Source: an uncultured Bacteroidales bacterium
Lineage (GTDB): Bacteria > Bacteroidota > Bacteroidia > Bacteroidales > P3
Assembly: GCA_963540815.1 (NCBI GenBank)
Contig: CAUTQY010000004.1
Coordinates: 15,995-79,994, forward strand
Reading direction: 5' to 3'
Length of the DNA stretch: 64,000 bases
Part shown: piece after piece, positions 27,130 through 36,350 of the stretch
Layout: each line of letters starts with the position of its first letter
How positions within the stretch are numbered: the first letter of the stretch is position 1
Position numbers and translations under genes: made by a program
Notes under the pieces: model-generated
The model's database searches: none
Seen by the model: only the letters and a program-made list of their open reading frames with translations
Told to the model about the DNA's origin: nothing

Positions 27130-28296
27130 TTAGTCTCTTTCGTAGTCAAGTTTTATGGCAACAGTCTTTATTCTTTTTATAACAAGGAAAGGAACAAGCC
27201 AAAATACCATCAAAAAAGCAAAAGGTAGCAAATTTTCCGAAAAAGGCAATCCGTTTATTTGCACGTTGCAATAGAGTTGGTAGTATTGTCTGAGTGGATA
27301 AATAAAAGTGAAAGGTTGGACAGCAGGCAACATTGCTTCGTTCGGATAGGTAAAGCCGGTAAGAGTGAAAGACATAACACCATAAAAAGCCGATAAGCTC
27401 AAAGCCGTACGCATGGAGGGAAATATTCCCAAAATCAAAAGTCCCATAGCCTGATAGGAAATAACGGTAAACATTGCACCAAGGTACATTATTACAGAGT
27501 TGCCTTCGCTGGGAAATCCCATAAATTTTTCCATTACAATCTCGCTAAGTATTATCATAATCGTGTATAACAAAGTATAAGGCAATAATTTGGCACTCAT
27601 AGCATTGAATATATTCCTGTTTGAAACTGCAAGCCATCTGCGTGACGAACCGTTTTTTAATTCTATACCTACAACATAAATGGCACAAATCATAGCCATA
27701 ACGCAGATGATACCCGGCATAATTATAGGGGTAAGATACAGGGCATAGTTCAGCAATGGGTTTGCAATAATGTGATTATCGTTGGAAATAGGGTTAACTT
27801 GCGCAGTAGCACGTATGGAGTTTTCTCCTTTCATTAGTCGCATTTTGAGGTCTATACCTAAGGCGATAGTTGTTAGAGTTGTGTTTAATTCTTTCATTAT
27901 AAGAGAAGAACCCAAATAATGCGCATACTCGGTATAAAAATTAATGTATGGTGTCCTACCCTTATAAACATCTTTTGAAAAATTGCGAGGAATAACCACA
28001 AAAGCATATATCTCTCCTTCCTGCATCTTGATTTTGGCACTTTCGTAAGAGGAGAGTTTATATTTTATTTTACACATCTGCCCCGCCGACATGCTTCGTG
28101 TTATTGTCCTGGACAGCGAAGAATTATCAAAATCAACAACAGCAATGGGCATTTGGTTTGGCACTCCTTGATTGAAAAAAGTTGCAAAGAATACTATTAC
28201 CAAAGCGGGAATGACCACGGTCATCATAAGATAGATAGGACGAGAAATCATTCTGTTTAACTCTCTTTTGATGACTTGTAAAAATCCTGTTTTCAT
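27130..28296 (-). CDS. ABC-2 type transporter permease (paralogue)
   Basis: 388 aa with the same architecture as the downstream paralogue. Confidence 0.75.
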   Translation of the reverse strand: MKTGFLQVIKRELNRMISRPIYLMMTVVIPALVIVFFATFFNQGVPNQMPIAVVDFDNSSLSRTITRSMSAGQMCKIKYKLSSYESAKIKMQEGEIYAFVVIPRNFSKDVYKGRTPYINFYTEYAHYLGSSLIMKELNTTLTTIALGIDLKMRLMKGENSIRATAQVNPISNDNHIIANPLLNYALYLTPIIMPGIICVMAMICAIYVVGIELKNGSSRRWLAVSNRNIFNAMSAKLLPYTLLYTIMIILSEIVMEKFMGFPSEGNSVIMYLGAMFTVISYQAMGLLILGIFPSMRTALSLSAFYGVMSFTLTGFTYPNEAMLPAVQPFTFIYPLRQYYQLYCNVQINGLPFSENLLPFAFLMVFWLVPFLVIKRIKTVAIKLDYERD

Positions 28297-28345
28297 TTGA
28301 TTTTGAAGTTGTTATTCGTAGTATTTTTGATAAAATACTACAAAA

Positions 28346-29392
28346 TTATTTCATCTTTGTCCAATTGACAATAATACTCATACCCGGACGCAAACCGTTT
28401 ATTTTCTCTATCGGAACTGCTCTTACTTCAAATGTTTTGGTATCATATTCGTCGGTTATTTTTGTAGCCTTCCAAGTAGCGTAAGAAGCCATAGCCTTTA
28501 TATAATTAACTTTCAGTTTAATTTCTTTGTTATTCATGGCAGGTATTTTAGCCGTAAGAACCGTACCCATCTTTATCTTGCTTAACAAATCTTCTCTAAT
28601 ATTGAAAGTTACCCAAACATCATTTAAATCTACAATGCTCATAATAGGAGAGCCTGTACCTACGAGTTCTCCCACCTTAGGATAAATTTCAACCACTTCG
28701 CCCGTTATTGGCGCCCACAAACGAGTTTCGTCCTTGTAGGAATTTACCTCCATCAAAGCTCCTTTTGCTCTGTTTACCTGGGCAGATGCGGCATTTTTGT
28801 CTTCTTGTTGAGCACCGTTTAAAGCCATATTATACTGACTTAGAGCGGCTTTTTCCTGAGCAAGAGCGGCTTTGTATTTTGCCTCTACCTCATCAAATTG
28901 CTGCGAGGCAATAACACCTTTTTCGTGCAAATTTTTTACTCTCCGATAACTCTTTTGAGTAACCTCAGCCATAGCCTTGGCTGCTTCGTATTGTTGTTTG
29001 GCTGCCTCTATGGTCTCCTTTCGTGTGCCTTTGTTAGCCTTGTCACTCAAAGCCTTAGCGGCATTTTCGGCTGCCATGGCTTGTACCGTTTTGGCGTCTA
29101 TTTCCGGAGAATCTATAAAAACCAATAATTGTCCTTTTTCTACCTTATCCCCTTCTCTAACCTTTAATTCCAATACTCTACCGGGAACTTTTCCCGAAAC
29201 TCTAACCTCTGTTGCCTCTACCTCTCCTTGCAAAATCAACTCATCGGGTGCAAGTATAAAATACCCTATCACAGCCACAACGGCAACACAGGCAAGCAAT
29301 ATAATAAAAGACGTTACCAGGGTTTTGTTTTCCCTTGTTTTTATAATTCTGTTTCTTTTGATTTCTACATCATTATTATTTAAGTTTTCCAT
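28346..29392 (-). CDS. HlyD-family membrane fusion (periplasmic adaptor) protein
   Basis: 348 aa. N-terminal TM helix, lipoyl-like LQGEVEATEVRVSGKVPGRV, a long alanine/lysine coiled-coil hairpin, and a beta-barrel C-terminus. Confidence 0.85.
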   Translation of the reverse strand: MENLNNNDVEIKRNRIIKTRENKTLVTSFIILLACVAVVAVIGYFILAPDELILQGEVEATEVRVSGKVPGRVLELKVREGDKVEKGQLLVFIDSPEIDAKTVQAMAAENAAKALSDKANKGTRKETIEAAKQQYEAAKAMAEVTQKSYRRVKNLHEKGVIASQQFDEVEAKYKAALAQEKAALSQYNMALNGAQQEDKNAASAQVNRAKGALMEVNSYKDETRLWAPITGEVVEIYPKVGELVGTGSPIMSIVDLNDVWVTFNIREDLLSKIKMGTVLTAKIPAMNNKEIKLKVNYIKAMASYATWKATKITDEYDTKTFEVRAVPIEKINGLRPGMSIIVNWTKMK

Positions 29393-29415
29393 ATCCGCTT
29401 ATTCTATTTTGTTTG

Positions 29416-30906
29416 TTATCTGTTAATTATAGGACTTTGTATTTTACCCAAACTTTGATTTAGATAAAGGTCTGTGAGCATCAAATTTATATCTGCGTCT
29501 ATCAATTCGCTTTTGGCAGAAACCCAAGAGGTTTGCGCAGCCATAAGGTCGGAAGTGGAAATAACGCCTTCTTCAAAACCTAACTGAGCCTGACGCAAAT
29601 TTTCCTCAGCATGTTCCATATTGTTTTTTGCAATAAGATTTTGTTTAACGGCTTCGTTTCTTGAGTTTCGCTTCATATTGGCTTGCAGTTCCATTTTTTC
29701 CATGGCCTCTTCTTGTGTAAGTTGCGCAATTCTCAATTTGTGCTTTGCAGCGTTAAGAGTGTGTATTCTTTCGCCAAAATGAAAAATAGGTATGCTAACT
29801 CCTACCCCGACAACAAAACTTCCCTTAAAACTTTTGTCAAAACCGTTAAATAAACTTGGGTTTGAAACAATGTAATTTGCTTGCGCTACAATATTTGGCA
29901 TAAAACGCGAACGTGCAATATTCAACTCACTTTTGGCTATCTTTACACTTTGTTCCAAAATCATAGCCTCCGGTCTTTGTGCAATGTCTTGTTTTATGGA
30001 ATCGTTGCGAACAATGTCAAAAAAAGAATTATTTTCATTATATGTTAGTGTGTAATCATAGTTGAAATCCAAACCGCAAATTTGATTCAAATACATTTTT
30101 GCAAGTCTTAACCCGTTTTCGGCCTTTGTCAGAGTCATATCGCTTTCGTTTAGCTTAACCCTAACCTTCAACAACTCCGCATTGGTAACCATACCCTCAT
30201 TAAACAACTGTTCCATATCGCTATATGTTTTTTGCAAAAGATTGTTGTATTCTTGGGCAAGTTCTTGTTTTTTTTGCAAGGAAACCACTCTCCAAAAGGC
30301 TTCGTCTACCTGTATCAAAACATTAATATTATCGTTATCATATTTTATTTTGGCGATATTTTCGGCATACCGGCTCATTTTGTAAAGTTCCAATATTTTG
30401 CCTCCCATAAAAATAGGCTGAGTAAAACCTATACCGGCAACAAAAATATGTGTCATATCAAAAGTTAAGGCATCTTTGGGAAGATAGGCTACATGCTTGG
30501 GAACAAATTCTTTGGGGTTTGTTGTAGGCTGCCCGGAGGAATTTATAGGAACGGTCACACCGCCGTAATCCATTGTTTTGATATCCTCTATTGTGTATGT
30601 AAATTTGCCGTCTGCTCCCAAACTTCCTACCGGCAAAGCAGCGTCCTCCGATAATACCGACATTTCATCTCCGCGTGTATTATACATATAAGTACCCGTT
30701 GCGTTGAAGTTTGGCAAAAATTGAGTAAACGCAGCCTTGCGCATACTGATTGCGGCGTTAAGTGTTTGCTCGGAAATAAGACTTGATTTGTTATGTCTCA
30801 AAGCCATATTTCTGCAAGAATCCAATGTAAATTCTTGAGCCATAATATTAAAAGAGTTCAGCCCCAACAAAACAATCAACCGCAATGCCTTAAATATACT
30901 TTTCAT
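29416..30906 (-). CDS. TolC-family outer membrane efflux protein
   Basis: ORF track 29416..30954. The start is moved to ATG 30906 (MKSIFKALRLIVLLGLNSFNIMAQ signal peptide). The two-repeat OEP architecture carries typical LTLDSCRNMALRHN and coiled-coil segments. Confidence 0.8.
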   Translation of the reverse strand: MKSIFKALRLIVLLGLNSFNIMAQEFTLDSCRNMALRHNKSSLISEQTLNAAISMRKAAFTQFLPNFNATGTYMYNTRGDEMSVLSEDAALPVGSLGADGKFTYTIEDIKTMDYGGVTVPINSSGQPTTNPKEFVPKHVAYLPKDALTFDMTHIFVAGIGFTQPIFMGGKILELYKMSRYAENIAKIKYDNDNINVLIQVDEAFWRVVSLQKKQELAQEYNNLLQKTYSDMEQLFNEGMVTNAELLKVRVKLNESDMTLTKAENGLRLAKMYLNQICGLDFNYDYTLTYNENNSFFDIVRNDSIKQDIAQRPEAMILEQSVKIAKSELNIARSRFMPNIVAQANYIVSNPSLFNGFDKSFKGSFVVGVGVSIPIFHFGERIHTLNAAKHKLRIAQLTQEEAMEKMELQANMKRNSRNEAVKQNLIAKNNMEHAEENLRQAQLGFEEGVISTSDLMAAQTSWVSAKSELIDADINLMLTDLYLNQSLGKIQSPIINR

Positions 30907-30999
30907 ACATATAATTTTTATAGTTGAAAAACATATCAAAAATTGTGCCAACATAACAATAACAATAAAACGTCATACGTTTCCGTTTTTCTCATAAGA

Positions 31000-31902
31000 A
31001 TGAAAAATAAAACACTATACATAATAATAGGTCCTACGGCAAGCGGAAAAACTTCATTTGCAATAGAGATGGCAGAATATCTTAAAACGGAAATAATTTC
31101 TGCAGATTCGAGGCAAATTTTCAGAGAAATGAATATAGGAGTTGCCCGTCCTACTCTATCCGAGTTGCAAAGAGTTAAGCATCATTTAATTGCAAGTTGG
31201 TCGGTAAGAGAAAAATATAGTGTTGCGCGTTATGAAACAGAGGCTTTGCAAATAATAAACTCTTTGTTTGAAAAACGCAAAACTCTTGTAACGGTTGGTG
31301 GTAGCGGTCTGTACATAGACGCAATAGTGAAAGGAATTGACAATATGCCCGACATATCCGACAAAACAAGAGAAAAAGTGTCTCAACTATTGAAAACAGA
31401 GGGCTTAATTGCCTTGCAAAGAGAGTTAAAAAAATGTGACCCGGATTATTACAAAGAAGTTGATATACAAAATCCTCGCCGTTTGCAGAGAGCCTTGGAG
31501 GTGTGTTGGGAAAGTTCTCAAACCTTTTCCTTTTTCAGAAAAAATAACAAGGTAGAAAGAGATTTTGACATAAAAATAATCGGACTTAGGCGCAATAAAG
31601 AAGATTTGCAGAATAGAATCAATAAGCGTGTTGATATTATGATTGAGGAGGGCCTGGTATCGGAAGTTAAAGTTTTACAAGAGTATAGGGATTTAATTGC
31701 TTTAAACACTGTCGGATACAAAGAAATATTCAAATACTTGGATAATAGAATATCTTTTAACGAGGCAATAGAGCAAATAAAAATACATACGCGACAATAT
31801 GCCAAACGGCAAATGACTTGGTTTAATAAAATGTCTAATGTTTTTTGGTTGGATATTGACGGAAAACAGGAAGCAAAAATAGACTTTGATAATATTTTAT
31901 AA
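31000..31902 (+). CDS. miaA: tRNA dimethylallyltransferase
   Basis: ORF track 30943..31902, with the start at ATG 31000 (MKNKTLYIIIGPTASGKTS P-loop). Motifs: ISADSRQIFREMNIGVARP and YAKRQMTWF. Confidence 0.9.
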   Translation: MKNKTLYIIIGPTASGKTSFAIEMAEYLKTEIISADSRQIFREMNIGVARPTLSELQRVKHHLIASWSVREKYSVARYETEALQIINSLFEKRKTLVTVGGSGLYIDAIVKGIDNMPDISDKTREKVSQLLKTEGLIALQRELKKCDPDYYKEVDIQNPRRLQRALEVCWESSQTFSFFRKNNKVERDFDIKIIGLRRNKEDLQNRINKRVDIMIEEGLVSEVKVLQEYRDLIALNTVGYKEIFKYLDNRISFNEAIEQIKIHTRQYAKRQMTWFNKMSNVFWLDIDGKQEAKIDFDNIL

Positions 31903-31904
31903 AG

Positions 31905-33071
31905 ATGAGAATTATAATAATATTTGCTTTAAGTGTTGTTTGTTTGTGTTCCATTGCACAAAATCCGTATTTTGATAATGATAGCAACCTTATTTACAAC
32001 CCATCTTTTGAAGAGCATTCCTCTTGTCCCAAACGCATAGACCCTTATGGCTATATGGATGAGCCTAAGGCTTGGTGGCAACCCTCTTCCGGTTCATCGG
32101 ATTATTACAATAATTGCGGTGGTAAGCAATGCCACGTACCCAATAACAAACTTGGCATACAAATGCCGCGTACGGGGGGAAGTATGGTGGGAATTTATTG
32201 TTCCTTAACGGATTATAGGGAGTATATAGAAACGGAATTAAAAGAAAAGTTGCAAAAAGGAGAGCAATATCATTTGAGTTTTTGGGTAAGTCTCAGCGAA
32301 TATTCTCCGCAAGCAGTAGCCACAATAGGAGGACTTTTTACCAAACAAATGCTTAGTGACACAACAAGAGGAATGCTTGTTAATAATTCTACAAAACATG
32401 AGACCAATGGTATAAAACGTAACATCTCCACTTTTTATAAACCTCAAGTAGTTAACCCTTTTTTTCGTCCGCTAACCGATACGGTTAATTGGATACTTAT
32501 AGAGGGAGATTTTATAGCCGAAGGCGGAGAAAAGTTTCTAACAATAGGTAATTTCTACCCCGCAGAACAAAGTAATGTGGTTTACCCTTTTGGTCTTAGA
32601 AACATATTGCCCGGCGCTTATTATTATATAGACGATGTGGAATTGTATTGTGTAACTTGTGGCAAAGCAAAACAAAAAGGCGGAGTAAGTATTACCCAAA
32701 CCCAAGATACTCTCTCCTATTCTGTCGGTAGTGTAATTGTGCTGGAAAATATATTTTTTGAATTTGACAAAAGCATACTCCTACCACAAAGTTACGCAGA
32801 ATTGCATAATCTGATAAATCTATTGAATAAAAAACCGAATATGAAAATAGAATTATCCGGACATACGGATAATAAGGGTAAAGATAAATACAATATGGAA
32901 CTTTCTTTGAATAGGGCAAAGGCTGTGTATGATTATTTGATACTTGCCGGTGTTGATAAAAAACGTTTAAAATATAAAGGATACGGAGCAAAACAACCAA
33001 TAGCCGACAACAAAACCGAAGAAGGAAGAGCCAAAAATCGTAGGGTGGAATTCAAAATAACGGACATGTAA
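31905..33071 (+). CDS. OmpA-family protein (unknown N-terminal domain plus C-terminal OmpA/peptidoglycan-binding domain)
   Basis: 388 aa with a signal peptide. The C-terminus NIFFEFDKSILLPQSY...LSGHTDNKGKDKYNMELSLNRAKAVYDYL...NRRVEFKI is a canonical OmpA_C domain. Confidence 0.85.
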   Translation: MRIIIIFALSVVCLCSIAQNPYFDNDSNLIYNPSFEEHSSCPKRIDPYGYMDEPKAWWQPSSGSSDYYNNCGGKQCHVPNNKLGIQMPRTGGSMVGIYCSLTDYREYIETELKEKLQKGEQYHLSFWVSLSEYSPQAVATIGGLFTKQMLSDTTRGMLVNNSTKHETNGIKRNISTFYKPQVVNPFFRPLTDTVNWILIEGDFIAEGGEKFLTIGNFYPAEQSNVVYPFGLRNILPGAYYYIDDVELYCVTCGKAKQKGGVSITQTQDTLSYSVGSVIVLENIFFEFDKSILLPQSYAELHNLINLLNKKPNMKIELSGHTDNKGKDKYNMELSLNRAKAVYDYLILAGVDKKRLKYKGYGAKQPIADNKTEEGRAKNRRVEFKITDM

Positions 33072-33096
33072 ATTATTAATAATATTTTCACAAATG

Positions 33097-33128
33097 AAAA
33101 AAGGACGCAAACTCGTTTGTGTCCTTTT
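33097..33128. terminator. Bidirectional intrinsic terminator between convergent genes
   Basis: The hairpin is aaaaggacgcaaac tc gtttgtgtcctttt. The stem has A-run and T-run flanks and lies between the stops at 33071 (+) and 33150 (-). Confidence 0.7.
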
Positions 33129-33149
33129 GGTTTAAACATTAATTATCGT

Positions 33150-35135
33150 CTATTTTTCTATTATAAGTTTTTTAATCTCATTGTCTATTCTCACAAAGTA
33201 AACTCCGCTTTCAAAGTCTTTAAGATTTATTTCAACAAGATTTTCTTTAATACCGGTATTTTGGTAAACCGGAACTCCGTTTATGTTTGTAATAGTTACA
33301 ACCTTTCTATTATCCGCATTATGCAGATTAACATACAACTTTTCTTTTGCAGGGTTAGGGTATATTTCAAAAACCAAATTGTTGGCAACTTCCGCTAAGG
33401 AAGAATTTATGTTAAGATTTAGAGTTATCGTACTATCGCAACCGTTTATTGTTTGAAGCGTAAGAGTATAAGTACCTGCTTGATTTTCGTTAAATCCGTT
33501 TTCCGTATATGTTTGTCCTTCGTTAATGGTAGTATCTATGGTTAGAGAATATGAAGGATTGACGGACAGATTAAGGGTAATCGTGCTATCACAACCGTTC
33601 CAAGTTTGCAAATGAGTGTAATATGTCCCGGCTTGAGCATACGAGGTATCATTAAAAGCAAAATTTTCTCCCTCACAGATACTTGCCTGAATAACGGTAT
33701 CTCTATCTACACAAGGAACAGACTCTACGTTAAGATTTAATGTTACCGTACTATCGCAACCGTTTATTGTTTGAAGAGTAAGAGTATAAATACCTGCCTG
33801 ATTTTCGTTAAATCCGTTTTCCGTATATGTTTGTCCTTCGTTAATGGTAGTATCTATTGTTATGGAATAAGTAGGATTTACCGTAAGAATAAGTACTTGT
33901 ATCTGCAAACTATCTCCTACCTGGCTTAGAGTATCAAAATAAACTCCCGCCTCCGTTCTATCTTCTCCAGCAAAAGAATAAGTATCTCCTCGGCAAATAC
34001 TCTCCGTTACGGTATCATAAACGGCATTATTATTCAGAGCATAGTCCAAAATAAGATTGTCCACTCCCATAAAAACCTGACCGGTAGAGTAAGGGTTTCC
34101 CGCACGCAAAGATATATATCTGCCCGTACCCGTGTATTGAGAAAAATTGACCTCAACACTATCCCATGTATGTGTTGTCGCCGGAGCGATGGTATCTACG
34201 GCTATAAAAGTATTTATATCCTCGGCATTAGTCATAACCCCAACGACAAGTTTCCCCCCTTCGTAAAGGGAAGTTACATCCATATTCAATTTTAAAGCGT
34301 TGATATTAATATTATCGGCAAGTTTTGGCAAAGATACCACCATGTTTTCCGTTCCTTCCACGCCCAAAAAGGCAAGCCAATTTGTTCCGTCCACATCACT
34401 ATTGACTAAGGTGCAAGGATAGTACATGCCTTGATAGAAATCGTAACCTATCCATTTCCAGCATTCTGCTATGGTAGCCCATTCCCAATTGTTGAAGTTT
34501 TCACTGAAAGGCAAAGAAGATAATTTTGTACAACCGTCATCCTCTTCTACCAATTCGGGACCCGTTACATCATCTATAAAAAAGTACGTGTATGCGTCAG
34601 GGTCGGCAAAGACCAAAGCAATGTAAATTTCCTGTCCTTGATATGCGGACAAATCTATTTCATACTCCTCAAAGCCACTGAGCATCTCCGCCGTTTCCAT
34701 GGATAATACGGACGTGGTGTTAAAATCTTCTTTGGCATTCCCGCCCGTAGAAACATAAACATTAAACGTACCCATGTTTGTCAAATGGTTATCCACATAC
34801 ATATTAAAAACAAAAGAACTTGTATCCGAGGTTACTCTAAGTTTTGGAGTTATCAACCATATTTTTGCATTTTCGTCCGCACATTCTTGGAAAAATATCC
34901 ACGCAGAATTGTTTAAACTCAACGCTTTACCGGAATGATAACCCTCATCAAAATCATCTATCCAAATTTCTACCCCCAATTCATTCTCCGTCGCTTGTTG
35001 TCCGTCCAAAATAAAACTCCAATTGCTTGGCAAAGTATTGGAGGCATCAAAGTTTTCATTTAGGGTATTTTGCCCGTATCCGCCCACAAAAACAAAGGAC
35101 AAAAACAGGGTTAGTAAAATAAATTTTCTTTTCAT
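33150..35135 (-). CDS. Secreted T9SS cargo protein with ~47-aa Cys-containing repeat modules and a C-terminal T9SS sorting domain
   Basis: 661 aa with a signal peptide. There are four modules of the pattern C/I..G..Y.F.G......G.Y...L....GCDS...L.L.V. The C-terminus EIYPNPAKEKLYVNL...GVYFVRIDNEIKKLIIEK is a Por_Secre_tail-type CTD. Confidence 0.8.
   Translation of the reverse strand: MKRKFILLTLFLSFVFVGGYGQNTLNENFDASNTLPSNWSFILDGQQATENELGVEIWIDDFDEGYHSGKALSLNNSAWIFFQECADENAKIWLITPKLRVTSDTSSFVFNMYVDNHLTNMGTFNVYVSTGGNAKEDFNTTSVLSMETAEMLSGFEEYEIDLSAYQGQEIYIALVFADPDAYTYFFIDDVTGPELVEEDDGCTKLSSLPFSENFNNWEWATIAECWKWIGYDFYQGMYYPCTLVNSDVDGTNWLAFLGVEGTENMVVSLPKLADNININALKLNMDVTSLYEGGKLVVGVMTNAEDINTFIAVDTIAPATTHTWDSVEVNFSQYTGTGRYISLRAGNPYSTGQVFMGVDNLILDYALNNNAVYDTVTESICRGDTYSFAGEDRTEAGVYFDTLSQVGDSLQIQVLILTVNPTYSITIDTTINEGQTYTENGFNENQAGIYTLTLQTINGCDSTVTLNLNVESVPCVDRDTVIQASICEGENFAFNDTSYAQAGTYYTHLQTWNGCDSTITLNLSVNPSYSLTIDTTINEGQTYTENGFNENQAGTYTLTLQTINGCDSTITLNLNINSSLAEVANNLVFEIYPNPAKEKLYVNLHNADNRKVVTITNINGVPVYQNTGIKENLVEINLKDFESGVYFVRIDNEIKKLIIEK
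33411..33878 (-). repeat. Recent in-frame tandem duplication (period 318 bp) inside the T9SS cargo gene
   Basis: Segments 33411-33560 and 33729-33878 are near-identical at DNA level (gttaagattt...ctatcgcaaccgtttattgtttgaag.gtaagagtataa.tacctgc.tgattttcgttaaatccgttttccgtatatgtttgtccttcgttaatggtagtatctat). They encode ...DTTINEGQTYTENGFNENQAG.YTLTLQTINGCDST.TLNLN twice. Confidence 0.85.
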
Positions 35136-35182
35136 TATTTGCTATTTATTATTGGTTATTAACTACTAAAAATTTTGATTTG

Positions 35183-35190
35183 CAAAGGTA
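35183..35190 (-). promoter_or_regulatory. -7 box (TACCTTTG) upstream of the T9SS cargo gene
   Basis: caaaggta on plus, 47 nt upstream of ATG 35135. Confidence 0.45.
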
Positions 35191-35365
35191 GATACTTAGA
35201 AAAACACACACAATACCAAAAAATGGGTATTTTGTTCCTTTATATTCATTTTTTGAGTATGGATGTCTTTTTCCTAAAAACAAATCAAAATCCGTCCCCC
35301 CCCTACTTTATTTATTGTATATTCTCAACAAAACTTTTGCCAAACTCTACCTCATAACCCTCTTG

Positions 35366-36240
35366 CTACAAGATATAATTTTGTTTCTCTATTTCCCTCT
35401 TGCTTTCATTATAACCAATATCCAACAAGTTTTTACTTCTATCATTCCGCGCACCAAAATGATATTCGTCCAAAATAGTCAAATCCCAAAAAGTTTTGTA
35501 TACCCATTCATTTTTGGACTTAATACCTCCTGTAGCATCAATACCCAAATAATTCTGAAAAGAGCCGAAGCAAACAATGGGAAGTTTCTTGTCATATTCT
35601 TTGATATTATCGTTATTGCTATGAGTATAAAATGCTACCCTTCAAAATCCTTACGACTTACCTAACAAGCCGTGCCGTTATCCATAAAACGCCGTTCGGA
35701 AAAAATAATGGGTTTAGGTTTATTTTCCACCATTTGATAAGTCAAAGCGTCACCCCAAACTATATTCTTTTTCCAAAAGCTAGTGTGTTGATTCAAGAAA
35801 ATCTTTATGAATGGAGGAGTTGTTGTTTTCTATGTTTGAGATTTCTTTTTTGAATTCGGCAGTGTATATCCGTTCTACAAAATCGGACAACCTTTGCCGA
35901 CATGCCTCAAGGTTATCTTTTAATATTTCAATACTATACAACGAGGCTACGGCTTGCATTGTATAGCGTAAGATAATGTATAGTTGTGTTTTGTTTGTTT
36001 TCTTACAATCTCCACCTTTCTACGCAAAATTTCTATAAGGAAATCACCTGCTCCGCATGCCGGTTCCCCAAAAGTAGCCTTCATACGCTCCGTCTCATCT
36101 TCAACGAGATATAACATTGCATTAACCTCCTTTTGAGCAGTGAAAACTTCACCGTAATCTGACACTCTCTTTTTGGATTTTACATGTTTGTAAATCTCCT
36201 CCGTTTTTTCAATATTTTTCTTTACTCCTCTCCCAATCAT
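35366..36240 (-). pseudogene. Decayed restriction-modification-like relic: N6-adenine DNA methyltransferase N-terminus, broken by frameshifts and stops, followed by a helicase (DExH) fragment
   Basis: Minus-strand pieces lie in three frames:
- 36240-35947: ...YGEVFTAQKEVNAMLYLVE...FGEPACGAGDFLIEILRRK (SAM motif I), then a stop.
- ASLYSIEILKDNLEACRQRLSDFVERIY..., then a stop.
- WKKNIVWGDALTYQMVENKPKPIIFSE..., then a stop.
- ...KLPIVCFGSFQNYLGIDATGG...WDLTILDEYHFGARNDRSKN (helicase motif II-like), truncated at 35366. Confidence 0.6.
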
Positions 36241-36282
36241 GAATGATTAGAAAATCGCTTTGCGAAGGTAAGCAATTTTGCT

Positions 36283-36322
36283 AAAAACAAGGGTAAGTCC
36301 CCCCGATGGAAAAACTTACCCT
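36283..36322 (-). terminator. Intrinsic terminator immediately downstream of porK/gldK
   Basis: Stem agggtaagt / acttaccct (36290-36298 / 36314-36322), followed on the minus strand by TGTTTTTAG. Confidence 0.55.
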
Positions 36323-36350
36323 CTATCTATTTCATTAAACAGAACTCTAA

